From contig JAHDYR010000048.1 in the NCBI GenBank assembly GCA_019828565.1, forward strand, positions 1 to 64,000: 64,000 nt of DNA. Direction: 5' to 3'. Shown piece by piece: positions 54,538 to 64,000 of the stretch. The stretch's first letter is position 1. Every line of letters starts with the position of its first letter. The stretch comes from Carpediemonas membranifera BICM (lineage: Eukaryota > Protista > Fornicata). The translations under genes were made by a program, and so were the position numbers. The notes beneath the pieces were generated by a model. It saw nothing but the letters and a program-made list of their open reading frames with translations. It did not search any database and was not told the origin of the DNA.

Positions 54538-56577
54538 ATGAAGGCGGAGACAGTGAGCTGCATCAATCCGACAGTTGATGGCATAGTATGTCTTGCTAAC
54601 TCTCCTCGGACCAGTTTGGGTCACAAGTTCTGCGCCGTATGCCGTTCAAGCGTCATTAGCATTATAACTCTTGTTAGCGGTGAGTGCAACGGCAAATACG
54701 GCCGTTTCCTCGATGTTATTGTTCCCACTGGCATAGAAGTATCCTACGCGTGCTGGGCGACCTCTTCTGACGCCGAGAACGGCCATGGCTTCCTCGCCGG
54801 CCTCCGCCTCTTCATAGGCAGCAAGACGGGCCATGTCCTTGAGTGTAAGCTCAACGACCTCTCCTTTGAGTACGTAGAGTGCAATGCGGGCCCCGTAACG
54901 CACATGGCGGTCTCCCCCGACCAAAGCCACCTCCTCGTCGCCTGCCACAACGGCGTCCGCCTCTTTGCCCTCGTCGCACCCGACGAAGCGCCAGTCCTGG
55001 TGCCCATTATTCGCCCCTTCACCCCCCACAAGGGCCCCGTGACGAACGTAGCCTGGTCTCAAGACGGGCAAGTGTTTTGCACTGCTGGCGGCGGTGTCGT
55101 CCACACTCAGACGTTGTCAAGGTCATCCCCCGACTCCTTCCCGTCTATCCAGTTCGCCATGCGTAGGCTGAGGGCAGACCCGACGTGTATTGCCGTTGTT
55201 AACGACGACACGCTCATTGCTGGCTCGGACATCGGCGAGATCTCCGTCTGGGAGCTCTCCAGTGGCTCCAGACTCTCTGTAGTTGCCACTAAGAACGCCA
55301 CGCCCGTCGAGAGCATAGCTACGGGCGACTACGAGGGCCACACCGTCCTCTTCGCCGGTACCACGGACGGCGGCCTCCTCCTTCTCGAGCACCTCGAGCA
55401 CCGCGAAGAATGGCACTCATACGGCCTTCACAGACCACACTCGCACCCTGTAACAGCCCTGACGTTCGATGAGGAGTCGGGCATTGCTCTGGCTGGGTCG
55501 GTTGACTCGCGACTCTCGGCAATTAGTGTGAGCGAGTTTAAGCGGCGGGCCATCTTCCACCGCTTCTCGCCCATGCTCATCGACCGGTCCCGTTTCCATA
55601 TCAGCTCTACCGGCCGTACTGTCGCAGCGATCACCACCGTCTCACCTGGCACCGCCCGGGTATTCCACCTACCCGCTCCAGACTCCGGCGACACATGCAC
55701 CCACGCCGTCGCAGTGGTGGGCAAGGACGGGGCGACCCCTGACAGGTTCCACGGCGTTGCTGTCTCCCCCTCGCGGGCGGCTGTGGCGGTGCAGACTCAG
55801 GCCGGGGTGAGACTTTACTACCAGCCTGACGAGTCGAGTCCCGAGTCATTCGAACGCATCCCATGCTTCGACGCAGACCTGGCCGAGCTCCCCGGGGACG
55901 CTAGGAAGTGCGTGCTCCCCACCCCAGTCAGTGCTATGGACTTCGCCGTCGTACACGATGAGGATGAGGATGGTGTGGGTGTGGAGTATCTCTTCGCTAT
56001 TCTCTCTACCGGCACCATGGTCAAGGTTGCCATCAATGGCGCCGTTGCTGTCGTCGGCAAGGTCTGCGCCGGGCCGGTCGCTTCCCTGCGTCTGGTCGAT
56101 GGTAGTCTCCTCGCTGTAGGCACTGATGGTGTCATATCTGTTATAGATCCCACATCTGGATCTGTGACCGCCGTATCTATCTCGGATCCTGTGATCGCCG
56201 CCACCGTGTCAGACGGCACCGTAATCGCCCAAACATGCCGCGGCACGATTGTCTCCGCATCTCTGGAGACACCACATGCCGTAAGATCCATCGCTACGCC
56301 AACTCGGCTGTCTGACAAGCTTGCTGGGCTCGTCGACCTCTCTATCGTCGCCGGTCGTCTGGTTGGTACGTCTCCTGGGTACATGATGGGTGCTGCCGTG
56401 GACGAGGGGCTGCCTGAGATGGACGAGTGCATCGTGAAGAAGAGGAACGAGCATATTGCTTGCAGTCAGGGTGCAGTTTATGGCGATGATGAGAGCGTGG
56501 TCGTCGTGGAGGTGCCGTGGAGCAGACTTGCGGCAGGGCTCCCACCAACGGTCTATGTGAAGCGCTTTAGCTCATAA
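54538..56577 (+). CDS. UTP4: WD40 protein Utp4/cirhin-like (SSU processome)
   Basis: Double-propeller-length WD40; C-terminus VVVEVPWSRLAAGLPPTVYVKRFSS matches the Utp4 terminal VER.....LP.....KFG motif. Confidence 0.78.
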   Translation: MKAETVSCINPTVDGIVCLANSPRTSLGHKFCAVCRSSVISIITLVSGECNGKYGRFLDVIVPTGIEVSYACWATSSDAENGHGFLAGLRLFIGSKTGHVLECKLNDLSFEYVECNAGPVTHMAVSPDQSHLLVACHNGVRLFALVAPDEAPVLVPIIRPFTPHKGPVTNVAWSQDGQVFCTAGGGVVHTQTLSRSSPDSFPSIQFAMRRLRADPTCIAVVNDDTLIAGSDIGEISVWELSSGSRLSVVATKNATPVESIATGDYEGHTVLFAGTTDGGLLLLEHLEHREEWHSYGLHRPHSHPVTALTFDEESGIALAGSVDSRLSAISVSEFKRRAIFHRFSPMLIDRSRFHISSTGRTVAAITTVSPGTARVFHLPAPDSGDTCTHAVAVVGKDGATPDRFHGVAVSPSRAAVAVQTQAGVRLYYQPDESSPESFERIPCFDADLAELPGDARKCVLPTPVSAMDFAVVHDEDEDGVGVEYLFAILSTGTMVKVAINGAVAVVGKVCAGPVASLRLVDGSLLAVGTDGVISVIDPTSGSVTAVSISDPVIAATVSDGTVIAQTCRGTIVSASLETPHAVRSIATPTRLSDKLAGLVDLSIVAGRLVGTSPGYMMGAAVDEGLPEMDECIVKKRNEHIACSQGAVYGDDESVVVVEVPWSRLAAGLPPTVYVKRFSS

Positions 56578-56700
56578 TTTAAACACAGCGGTTGAATGAT
56601 GATGTCTTTCATTCTTGAATGGTCTATACTTACGAACTCAACAGAGCGGGGTTAGGGGTGTATGAGGTGTGATCCCGACTCACCACTACTATGAGCATGT

Positions 56701-57933
56701 GTGCCCAATGACGCCGTTGAACTCGTCAAATTTGACGAGATCATTTCGCGTGAAGCGATGCTGTTTGAACTCCCACAGCTTGCCCAAGGCTTCTTGCATG
56801 AGTTGTGCAAGCACTCCACTGATATATCAAAGCTGTTTGCTGCTGAAGATGATGTTCTTACGGGTCTTATCGCTTCGCTGAAAGGCCCACAGCCCACATC
56901 TCAAGGAATAATGGCGCTTGCTTCACTTTGCCGCAGTTCCAGTGATGCTGCGATGAAGGTTCTTGAATCCGATACGGTAGAGATTCTGATCGCGCTCGTC
57001 GGGTCTAATGACGATGCCGCTGTCCAGGCCTCGGCCATCCAGGTCCTCACGGGCATCGTCGCCCACTCCGAGGAGCACGCGAAGCGTCTGATCGCCCGTG
57101 TCTCCCAGGGCCGGCTCGCCACGCTCCTGTGCCGCATCCTACCCGGGTCGAGCAAGCCGCCGTCGCCCACGGCCCCGCCCAGGCCCCGGCTCTCAGTCCA
57201 CGAGAGCGTGTCCAACAAGCTGATCGACTCTCTGGGCCGGCCCCCTGCCCCGAGCACCCCCTCGACCCTCCGGACCGTGGTGCTGCACACGGGGCCGATC
57301 AGGGCGCTCACCACGGCGAATAACACGAGCGAGGATGAGGAGGAGGAGGAGGCGAAGGCCGCGTCCGAGTCGTACTCGTACTACTCCTACGACTCGGACA
57401 GTGACTCTGACTCCGAGTCTGACTCTCACTCTGGTGATGAGACACCGGCGTCGAAGGTCAACCCGACGCCCACTCTGATCCCACAGGTCCCACCGTCACC
57501 CCCTCTTGCCCCAGCCGAGCCCATTACCGACGATACCCAGGTCACGGGCCCGAGTCAGAGCTCACAGTCCGAGGCCACCCTGCCCCCGAGACCCGTGAAG
57601 CGGAAGGCGCCCATGGAGCCTGTTGTCCAGCGGAAGCGGGTCGAGACCAGCTCGAGCTCGGAGTCCGATGAGCCTGAAACAGCCCCAACCCCAACCCCCG
57701 CCCCAAAGGTCACCCCGAAGCGGTCCAAGTCAAGTGACTCCGACTCTGACTCGGGCTCTGAGTCTGACGGTCTGGCTGATATGATCGCCATGTCTGGGCG
57801 GAAGGAGGCGGTCCAGGTCGGCCCAACACCGGCCAAGCGTAGGGAGGCGGCCCGGCTGATCAAGCGGACCCGGAGCCTGGACGAGCTGCACCAGAGCCGG
57901 CATCTGATCCAGACCCTGGCGAAGGAGGGGTAG
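56701..57933 (+). CDS. Hypothetical protein, armadillo-like N-terminus and acidic/proline-rich tail; 5' end unresolved (possible upstream exon)
   Basis: Long ORF with amphipathic helical repeats (VEILIALVGSNDDAAVQASAIQVLTGIV). Confidence 0.6.
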   Translation: MPNDAVELVKFDEIISREAMLFELPQLAQGFLHELCKHSTDISKLFAAEDDVLTGLIASLKGPQPTSQGIMALASLCRSSSDAAMKVLESDTVEILIALVGSNDDAAVQASAIQVLTGIVAHSEEHAKRLIARVSQGRLATLLCRILPGSSKPPSPTAPPRPRLSVHESVSNKLIDSLGRPPAPSTPSTLRTVVLHTGPIRALTTANNTSEDEEEEEAKAASESYSYYSYDSDSDSDSESDSHSGDETPASKVNPTPTLIPQVPPSPPLAPAEPITDDTQVTGPSQSSQSEATLPPRPVKRKAPMEPVVQRKRVETSSSSESDEPETAPTPTPAPKVTPKRSKSSDSDSDSGSESDGLADMIAMSGRKEAVQVGPTPAKRREAARLIKRTRSLDELHQSRHLIQTLAKEG

Positions 57934-58120
57934 CGCGTCTTGAGGAGTTCAGTTGATTGGCGGGTGGCTTTCTCGTTAGTTTGTCTAAAGGGCATAGTTC
58001 AGACGTTTGTTGATGAAGCGGTACTGAAGTTGATTAGATCAACTCATTGTCGTGTCAAGTCCTCGTGGCAGCTCAATCAAATGATTAGCTCCTTTTTCGG
58101 TCGTGACATGCCGACAAACG

Positions 58121-59041
58121 ATGGAGAACTTCCTTTGGCGGATCAAATTCCTCTCCAAACCAGAAGATCTCCTTGAATTTCAATGTGAACGCTCATGGCT
58201 ATCGCTCATCGTGCTCCTTCCGCTCTTCGCCGTTGTGCAGCAGGTCTTACTCAGCACAGGCAACGCCATTGCGCACTTTCTTCCAGTAGAACGAAAGAAG
58301 TACGGCAAATTTGCAGAATCCTTTGCCTTTTTTAACATATACACGACGTACGTCGTTATCAACACTCTCATCCTCTTCAAGGACGGCTCGCTCTTCGACC
58401 ACGAGCGCCAGTGGACGAACCTCTTCGACCTCGAGACCTTCCTTCGCTCGGAAGAGCGTATCCGCATTGTTGAGCTCTGCCAGTTCTCGTACTACGCCGT
58501 CTCGATGGTCCGAATGTTCCTCAGCGAGCGCCGCAAGCACCGCGACTTCCCTGTCATGCTCATCCACCATGTAGTGACCCTCGGCCTCATCCTGTTCTCC
58601 TACCCCGACCCGTTCTACCACCGCACAGCCATCACGATCATGCTCGTTCATGACGTCTCTGACGTCTTCCTCGAGGGCTCCAAGATGCTCGTCTACTGCG
58701 GGCAGGGTCTGTCTGACTGCACATTCAAGGTGTTCGCTGTGGTATTCCCCCTCTCTCGGCTCGTGCTCTACCCGTACTTCTGCGTCTTCAACTATATCCT
58801 GCACTCACCCTCCGTCGCCGCAGAGTACAAGGGTCACCCCGCCCTGCACCCGGGCGACGAGAACTACATGAAGCCCGGTTGCATCCTCTTCCTCTGCACC
58901 CTGCTCGTGCTCCACCTCTACTGGTTCGCCCTCATCGTCAAGATGGCCATCCCATCGTTCATGGGGAAGCACACGGAAGGTGATATAAGGTCGCCCGAGC
59001 AGCAGGCCCGACTGAAGGAAGAGGCGGCTAAAAGTAAATAA
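58121..59041 (+). CDS. LAG1: Ceramide synthase (Lag1/Lac1, TLC domain)
   Basis: Lag1 motif RDFPVMLIHHVVTLGLILFSY...LVHDVSDVFLEGSKM; LHLYWFALI; GDIRS. Confidence 0.93.
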   Translation: MENFLWRIKFLSKPEDLLEFQCERSWLSLIVLLPLFAVVQQVLLSTGNAIAHFLPVERKKYGKFAESFAFFNIYTTYVVINTLILFKDGSLFDHERQWTNLFDLETFLRSEERIRIVELCQFSYYAVSMVRMFLSERRKHRDFPVMLIHHVVTLGLILFSYPDPFYHRTAITIMLVHDVSDVFLEGSKMLVYCGQGLSDCTFKVFAVVFPLSRLVLYPYFCVFNYILHSPSVAAEYKGHPALHPGDENYMKPGCILFLCTLLVLHLYWFALIVKMAIPSFMGKHTEGDIRSPEQQARLKEEAAKSK

Positions 59042-59097
59042 TGTAAATAGTGCACAAGTCTCTACAAATCTTTATCTATCAATCCAGACTGTCGAAT

Positions 59098-60806
59098 CTA
59101 GATCAAATCCCACAGATCCACCTCCTGGCTTCCATCTCTACCAGGCGACACCTCAGCCTCACCATCCCCCTGGCCCACCGCTGACCCAGTGCCACCCCGT
59201 CCAGCTCCGGACTCCAACGCAGCCACCCTCGACTCCAGCCCCTCCATCTTCCCTGCCACCTCAGCCAGCTTCGAGCTCAACTCGGTCTGACTCGCTAGGA
59301 GCTGCTGGACCATTCCGACGAGGGTCGACTCCTTTGAGTCACCCAACCCACTTGGCCCGACTGCTTCAAACTGATTAGCGGTGTTCGCGGCCTTGGGCAG
59401 CGGTGTTTGGCTCATGCTCGGCGTCATTGTCATCGGTGTTGCGGTCGGTGTGGTCCTGGCTGACGAACTCCGAGATCCGACAATCAGTGGAGAAACCGAG
59501 TGAGACTTGCCAATCGGAGTTGACAAAAAGGGTGGACGCGGTGGAAGTGAAGCGGTCGAGGGAGATCTTGAAGGAGATCTGTAAGTCGACCCCACAGTCG
59601 CTTCGAGTCGAGTCAGTTTCGAGGTCATGGCCGCCTTATGGATGCCGTTGGAGTGCTTCGCTAAGGCAGACTCCACCTGCCTCTTCTGATCTGACATTAC
59701 TCTCGGTGTAGCAAGAGCTACTTGTGAGACAGGCAACCCGGTTGAGTTTTCTTTGAAACGTGCTAAAATTGGGTCATCGCCAGGTCTCGAACCCACGTCC
59801 AATGCAATAATCTCCCCCTTATCCGTTCCCCCTACAACAGTTCCAGGGCTGGCGGCCGTAATCGAGGAGAACCGCACGGCGTCGATTTGCTGGTCAAAGA
59901 AGGGCCGCTTGGCCACACCAGTGAGGTTGGTAGTCAGGGAGACGGTTACACGTCCGTCTCTACCGGCGGTGGCGATGTAATCACCGTTGAAATTGGTTGA
60001 ACCGCTAGATATGTAGCACGCGACACATGGCCCGGAATGAATGTGTGCCATCCCTATCTCGAGCCAGCTATCAGCGCTGTCGGCAGCAAAGAGGCGAACT
60101 TGCCCACTGGCATATGTTGCTAGGAGTTGGAATGGCGAGGTTGTTGTGGGGACGGGGCAAAAGGAGAGCGACGTGACTGCATCTGACTCGGACGAGACAT
60201 GGACGGTCGACATATCTGTTACAGATTTGGTGGTATCATCGTACTTGATTCTTGTGACATGAATCTTCCCAGAGACGTCAGCCGAAGCAATATAGTCGAT
60301 GGATTCAACGTAGGAGATGTAAACGGACGGCGCTGAGCACACGGCCGACACTGCGGCGTAGTGCAGCTTCTCTCTGCTCACGATGGCCTTGCTTCTCAAG
60401 GAATACAGGAAGAGCTCACCCGAGTCGTTGCCAGCTGCGAGGAAGCGGGAGTTCTGAGTGATTGTAGCTGCTCTGAGGGGTGAAGGGGCAGCATTCTCGC
60501 CCATGAGTATGGGATCCAGGAGCAGCGTGGTGCCAGTGATGGTGGGTGAGCCCTTGGAGCGGAGGGCGCATAGTGCGGCGTGCCCATCGGAGCCGATCGT
60601 CACACAGGCGTTGTATGTGTTAGTAGGGGGTAATATGATGGTAACGTACTGTTAGAGCTCCACATGGCATCGTTGACGGGATATCTGTTGTGGGCTACGT
60701 CGGGGATGGTGCAGACGAGCGTAGGGCCATTCGATCCGGAGATATTCCATACTCGGGCGATATTAGAGCACGATAGCAGGTATTTTGGCGCCGTAGCACG
60801 CTTCAT
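59098..60806 (-). CDS. NEDD1: NEDD1/GCP-WD-like WD40 + coiled-coil protein; intron 60615-60649
   Basis: Spliced N-terminus gives WSSNNNACVTIGSDG, resembling NEDD1 WSSNNN.LV; WD40 domain, S/T/P linker, C-terminal coiled coil. Confidence 0.7.
60615..60649 (-). other. 35-nt intron with apparent GT-AT ends
   Basis: GTACGT...CTACTAACACAT; this excision restores the frame, and no usable AG lies nearby. Confidence 0.7.
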
Positions 60807-60935
60807 ACCAAATTCCCGCGCCGGTCTCCTTCGATTCTGTCTGATATCATAATCTCCATGTAACACACGTAAATCACCCAACCAACATCTCCAAAGCCGT
60901 AGTAAAGTTTAAATAAGCGTAGAGACGCCCCAGGC

Positions 60936-62610
60936 TCACCCTGTGATGTCCGCTAACCCAGGTACGAGTGTCATGACCGAGCTCCTCGCCGTTGGCTCCA
61001 TCTGGAACAAAACGAACGCCACACGCATCAAAACAGGGTATGAGGTCTCCATGCGTGAGTATGCCTCCAGTGCGGTCTGGTTTGAAGCAAACGTCGTGCC
61101 TCTCACCGCGCTGAGTTCGTCATAAAGTCTCGTTTCAACAACATCGATGTCAGCCACGCTCTGAGTTACGAACAGACGAATGATCTCCCGTATAGTCCTC
61201 CTCGCCGCCTCCTGGTGTGCCTCAGGCATCGTTGTCCTGTCGTTAAACTGCTCTGGGTCAAGCATGTAACAAGCAGCCATTCCCCCAACCCAACCGTTGT
61301 TGCTGAACGAGCTGTCCACAATGTCGAACAGGTCCCTTTGTAGAGTGCTGTTGGGGTCAGCGAAGGTATGGTTCGACACTTCGAGCTCTCGCATGAGGAC
61401 GTACAGCTCAGACAAGCTGACGGCCCTGGAGTGGAGGACGTCAAAGCTCGTTGAGAGGGCTGTGAAGAACGTCTCGAGTGGCCTCAACGTGTTCCAATCC
61501 TCGTTGGCAGCGCTACGCCATAGAGCAGTGCTCTCGTCCGCCTGTATGCTGGCCGACTCTTCGAGCACCGCCTTCTGGGCTGCTCGCCAGTCGGATGTGA
61601 GGTCGAGCTCAGGCCCGCCGAGACCTAGAGCCATTGGAGAAAGCGCCTGCATCTGCAGCGAGCGTCTGTCCCGCCGTGCCATGATTTCCCTAACAACGGG
61701 CAGGTTAGTCACAGTCGCGGCGATTGTCTCCAGGATCCTGAGGCCGCAAGTGTACACCTTGATGGGATACGTCGCGTCCGTCGGGTGAGTGGGTGTGATA
61801 GACGGCATCTGATCGAAACCAGGCACCGCAGTGCATACGCTGAGGACCGTATACTGTGGGCTCGTGGCGATGAAGTGGCGGACAAGGTCGGCGGCGTCCT
61901 GGGGTGCTCGGGGGACGCTGGGCAGCACCTTTCGCTCCTCGACCCCGGGGCATGAAAGCACCCCTGTGATCTCCGAGCTCTCGCCCATAGTGAGCTTGAG
62001 CGTGCCACACAACTCCGTCGACTGCTGTGCCGCTGGCGGCGGGAGGTCATGTGGTGGGATCAGGATGTCTGCCCGCGGAGTGATGGATTCAAGAGTGGAG
62101 AGGGGGTCGCTGACGGTGTCACCCAGGCTCTCGTGTCGGGCATGCTTCTGGAGTGTGTCGCTGAAACTTGGGTTCAAACTCGAGATAAAGGAGTTGAAAT
62201 GCTCACTCTCAACGAGGGCATCGTATTTGATCCCGATGCTGTCTGCTAGCCGCACCAGAGTGTTGGTGATGTCCGTCTGGGGAGGGATCGGGTCCGCTTT
62301 TCGCTTACGGGTCGACGTCGTTGTCGATTTCTTGGACTGCGGAACCTTATTCGCCTCTGCATCGGTCTTTGCCTCATCAGTTGCCTTGGTGCATAGTAGA
62401 ATATGGTTCACGGCGCTTCCTAAGTGAGTATGAGTGCTGAGACATACTCTTTCGCTTATCCATCTCGATACCGCAATACTTGCAGGATATTAGCTTCTTA
62501 CTATCTCCGTCTTTTTCAACGACATCGAAATGGCGCGTGGTAAAAGGACACTGCGGCCGTCCTCCTGGCATCCGTTCAAACCCGGGGGGCTTTAAACTGC
62601 GAAATCTCAT
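60936..62610 (-). CDS. BED zinc finger / hAT-transposase-derived (ZBED-like) protein; intron 62420-62447
   Basis: HF.......ISCKYCG......AVNHILLC (BED finger after splicing); LVESEHFNSFISSLNPSF; YPVLMRVAFVLFQMEPTARS (hAT C-terminal dimerisation-like). Alternative start at 62571. Confidence 0.75.
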
Positions 62611-62736
62611 GTCCTCGCGAGTAGGGGCATATAGTGTGCTTGCCCCTTCTCGCGCGCTTTATTCCCACGGGCCTCGCCCTTCTTTCTCTCGTCCTGATTC
62701 GATAAGTTTATACGTCGTGTGTGTAGCACACCCATC

Positions 62737-63368
62737 TCAAGCTGTCGGCTGGTCAGGCAGCCTCTCGATCTTCATAGAATGGTGGCCGACGTACATGATT
62801 GGGATGCCCGGTACCTTTCTGACTTCCCGACGGAAATCCCGGTCATTAGTGGCAATGATGAAGCACATGTGGGCCTTCGCATGGTCCATGAGGCACTTAT
62901 CACCGTATCCACGCTCGTCCTCGTGGACGCACTTGATCCGCTTCACCCGGGGGTCCTTGGCGAGCTTCAGAGCAAGACCCATACGCTGGCCATGGCGCTC
63001 GAGCTCGTTCATGATGCAGTCCGTGACGAAAGGGGTGCACTTGGCTAAGAGACAGTCCATCATGCTGGTGACGAGGTCGAGTTTGTGCTTGATGGCCTGA
63101 TTGAGGAAGGAGGTATCCACAAGGACGTTGTACGGAGGTGCAAGGCGGGTGTTGTATGTAAAGAACATGGCGGAATCGTGTTGAAGGCTGTATTAGGCGG
63201 TAGAGTTGGACAAACACTTGCTTCTCGTGCTTCTCGACAGCCTTTTGCATGGCTTCCTGGTTCTCCTTGCTGGATAAGAGAATGGGGAGGTACAAACGTT
63301 CTAGCATCCCGCTTTGAGATGGTCTTCTTCATGACCGCAAACTTGCGCTGCTTCTTCGCTGTTCCCAT
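62737..63368 (-). CDS. FCF1: rRNA-processing PIN nuclease Fcf1/Utp24; introns 63270-63297 and 63188-63215
   Basis: MGTAKKQRKFAVMKK; FFTYNTRLAPPYNVLVDTSF; MMDCLLAKC; IATNDRD..R..RKVPGIPIM. Two 28-nt GTTTGT...AG introns give a 192-codon frame. Confidence 0.95.
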
Positions 63369-63690
63369 CAGTCTTTTGCTCCGTCCAGTGAACGCTTGGC
63401 TAGCCTGCGCGGGGAGATATGGGACGTGATCACCCCTCGCAAGGGTACTACAGACCTGCTTGAATACTGTGCTGACCCATGTTCCCTTTTGAAAGATATC
63501 CGGAAAGAGCATTCCTCGCTCTCTTCCACAACAGGCTCTCCCGCCCGATTTAAACACGATGGGCCGACTCAATTCATATACACACACGCTTATACGCTCA
63601 ATCTCCACATTGCCTTCTCATCCTTATTCTGCGATTATCATTCCGGCAAATGGCTCCGTTAGCTGAGCGCCTACGCCGATCAAACCGAAA

Positions 63691-64000
63691 ATGTTCAATT
63701 ACCTTGTCCAAAAAGCCGCCTTGAGCCCCAAGCATTCCCCCAAAGACGGCGGACGCCTTCTACTCCGATATACGACGTTTAGCCCGTCGAAAACCATCGA
63801 TGTTCCGTGTGAAACGGGAATTCATGCGGTTATGCCCATCAAGAAGAAGAATGCTCTTCTCTCTCTCGTTGATCTGGCCAAACTCTCATACACAGACCTT
63901 GATACAAACACCACGCGCATCTTCTCGACCGCACACAGCGATATGGCTGTCGCCGTCGAGCCTCTAACGGACGATCAATCAATGATCGTCACATGCGGTA
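63691..64000 (+). CDS. 3'-partial ORF, probably WD40-like
   Basis: Open from ATG 63691 to the window edge: MFNYLVQKAALSP...TAHSDMAVAVEPLTDDQSMIVTCG. Confidence 0.5.
   Translation, partial: MFNYLVQKAALSPKHSPKDGGRLLLRYTTFSPSKTIDVPCETGIHAVMPIKKKNALLSLVDLAKLSYTDLDTNTTRIFSTAHSDMAVAVEPLTDDQSMIVTCG

Noticed and set aside
1-64000. Prokaryotic features (operons, CRISPR arrays, IS elements, GTG/TTG starts in the ORF track)
   Set aside because: Genes are eukaryote-specific and contain spliceosomal introns; no repeat-spacer array was seen; starts were reassigned to ATG where possible.

Overview
Gene-dense eukaryotic (protist) DNA, not prokaryotic. It has short intergenic spacers, 28-43 nt spliceosomal introns and eukaryote-specific genes (Vps45, CCT6, NEK, MORN5, NEDD1, ceramide synthase, EFG1, SPB1, UTP4, FCF1). 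Gene density, intron style and a cysteine-free small Tim suggest an anaerobic metamonad such as Carpediemonas; this is inference and was not verified. The window has three zones. (1) 1-18.6 kb is a complex segmental duplication (1-3945 = 12178-16116; 10081-11614 = 16126-17658). It carries a Crinkler-like PD-(D/E)xK nuclease + kinase gene and a catalytically degenerate ABCA half-transporter, around a single-copy core with Vps45, CCT6, an intron-split Cys-less small Tim and a probable RNase P RNA gene. (2) 27-43.7 kb is an accessory locus of modular, shuffled proteins: a shared 958-bp cassette, an inverted pseudogene, a WD40 chimera and a 2321-aa WD40-WD40-novel repeat-kinase-HECT-like-RBR-like protein. 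This is the best candidate for an undescribed sensor/ubiquitin-ligase (immunity-like) system. (3) 44-64 kb is mostly housekeeping, enriched in ribosome-biogenesis genes, with a domesticated hAT/BED gene and a probable non-canonical GT-AT intron in NEDD1. Several frameshifts sit in homopolymers and are probably long-read errors. All family calls are from motif recognition by eye; no searches were run.
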